Shown here piece by piece: positions 31,942 to 32,000 of a stretch of 32,000 nucleotides of DNA. Location of the stretch: NCBI RefSeq assembly GCF_002920895.1, contig NZ_PQVG01000003.1, forward strand, positions 259,879-291,878, in the 5' to 3' direction. Source of the DNA: Flavobacterium alvei (lineage in GTDB: Bacteria; Bacteroidota; Bacteroidia; Flavobacteriales; Flavobacteriaceae). The notes beneath the pieces are model-generated. The model made no database searches and was not told the origin of the DNA. It saw nothing but the letters and a program-made list of their open reading frames with translations. Position numbers and translations under genes: made by a program. Each line of letters starts with the position of its first letter. Position 1 is the first letter of the stretch.

Positions 31942-32000
31942 AAATTCATTTCTTTTGTGATGCTATTTTCAATATGATGAATCGTGAAATTATAGGTTTT

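Overview
This looks like a low-GC Bacteroidota chromosome segment, probably Flavobacterium. I infer that from the gene content, the TAnnTTTG -7 promoter boxes and the weak Shine-Dalgarno signals.

Most of the window is recognisable housekeeping:
- nadK, a CBS-domain protein, pdxJ, an alpha/beta hydrolase and a holin-like membrane protein
- tig, clpP, clpX
- serB and an RluB-type pseudouridine synthase
- a mevalonate/prenyl-lipid cluster (mvaD, a mevalonate-kinase-like GHMP kinase, a UbiA prenyltransferase, tspO, a PcrB/GGGP synthase)
- pnuC followed by a NadR-kinase::DUF4301 fusion, then arfB
- a TPP riboswitch ahead of a TonB-dependent receptor
- greA, a HIT protein, a histidine kinase, an SSB-like DUF3127 protein, a PAP2 phosphatase, aat and a MOSC protein

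The standout is an AT-rich island of six genes, all on the minus strand (7578-12373), wedged between clpX and serB. It encodes:
- a minimal PD-(D/E)xK nuclease
- a lipoprotein
- a protein with an R-x4-H (HEPN-like) motif
- a ChaC/gamma-glutamylcyclotransferase-like enzyme
- two paralogous Cys-rich proteins, one ending in an SSB-tail-like DDLPF
- a 62-nt relic of a second ChaC-like gene, which shows a two-gene cassette was tandemly duplicated

I read the island as a candidate undescribed conflict locus (defence or toxin/immunity). That is inference only.

Secondary points of interest are the pnuC-NadR::DUF4301 module, the archaeal-type ether-lipid gene pair, a strand-specific 23-bp hairpin between clpP and clpX, a heptanucleotide repeat in the 5' end of the riboswitch-controlled receptor gene, and a family of short tandem 'word' repeats in the intergenic regions.

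I saw no rRNA, tRNA, CRISPR array, transposase or integrase.
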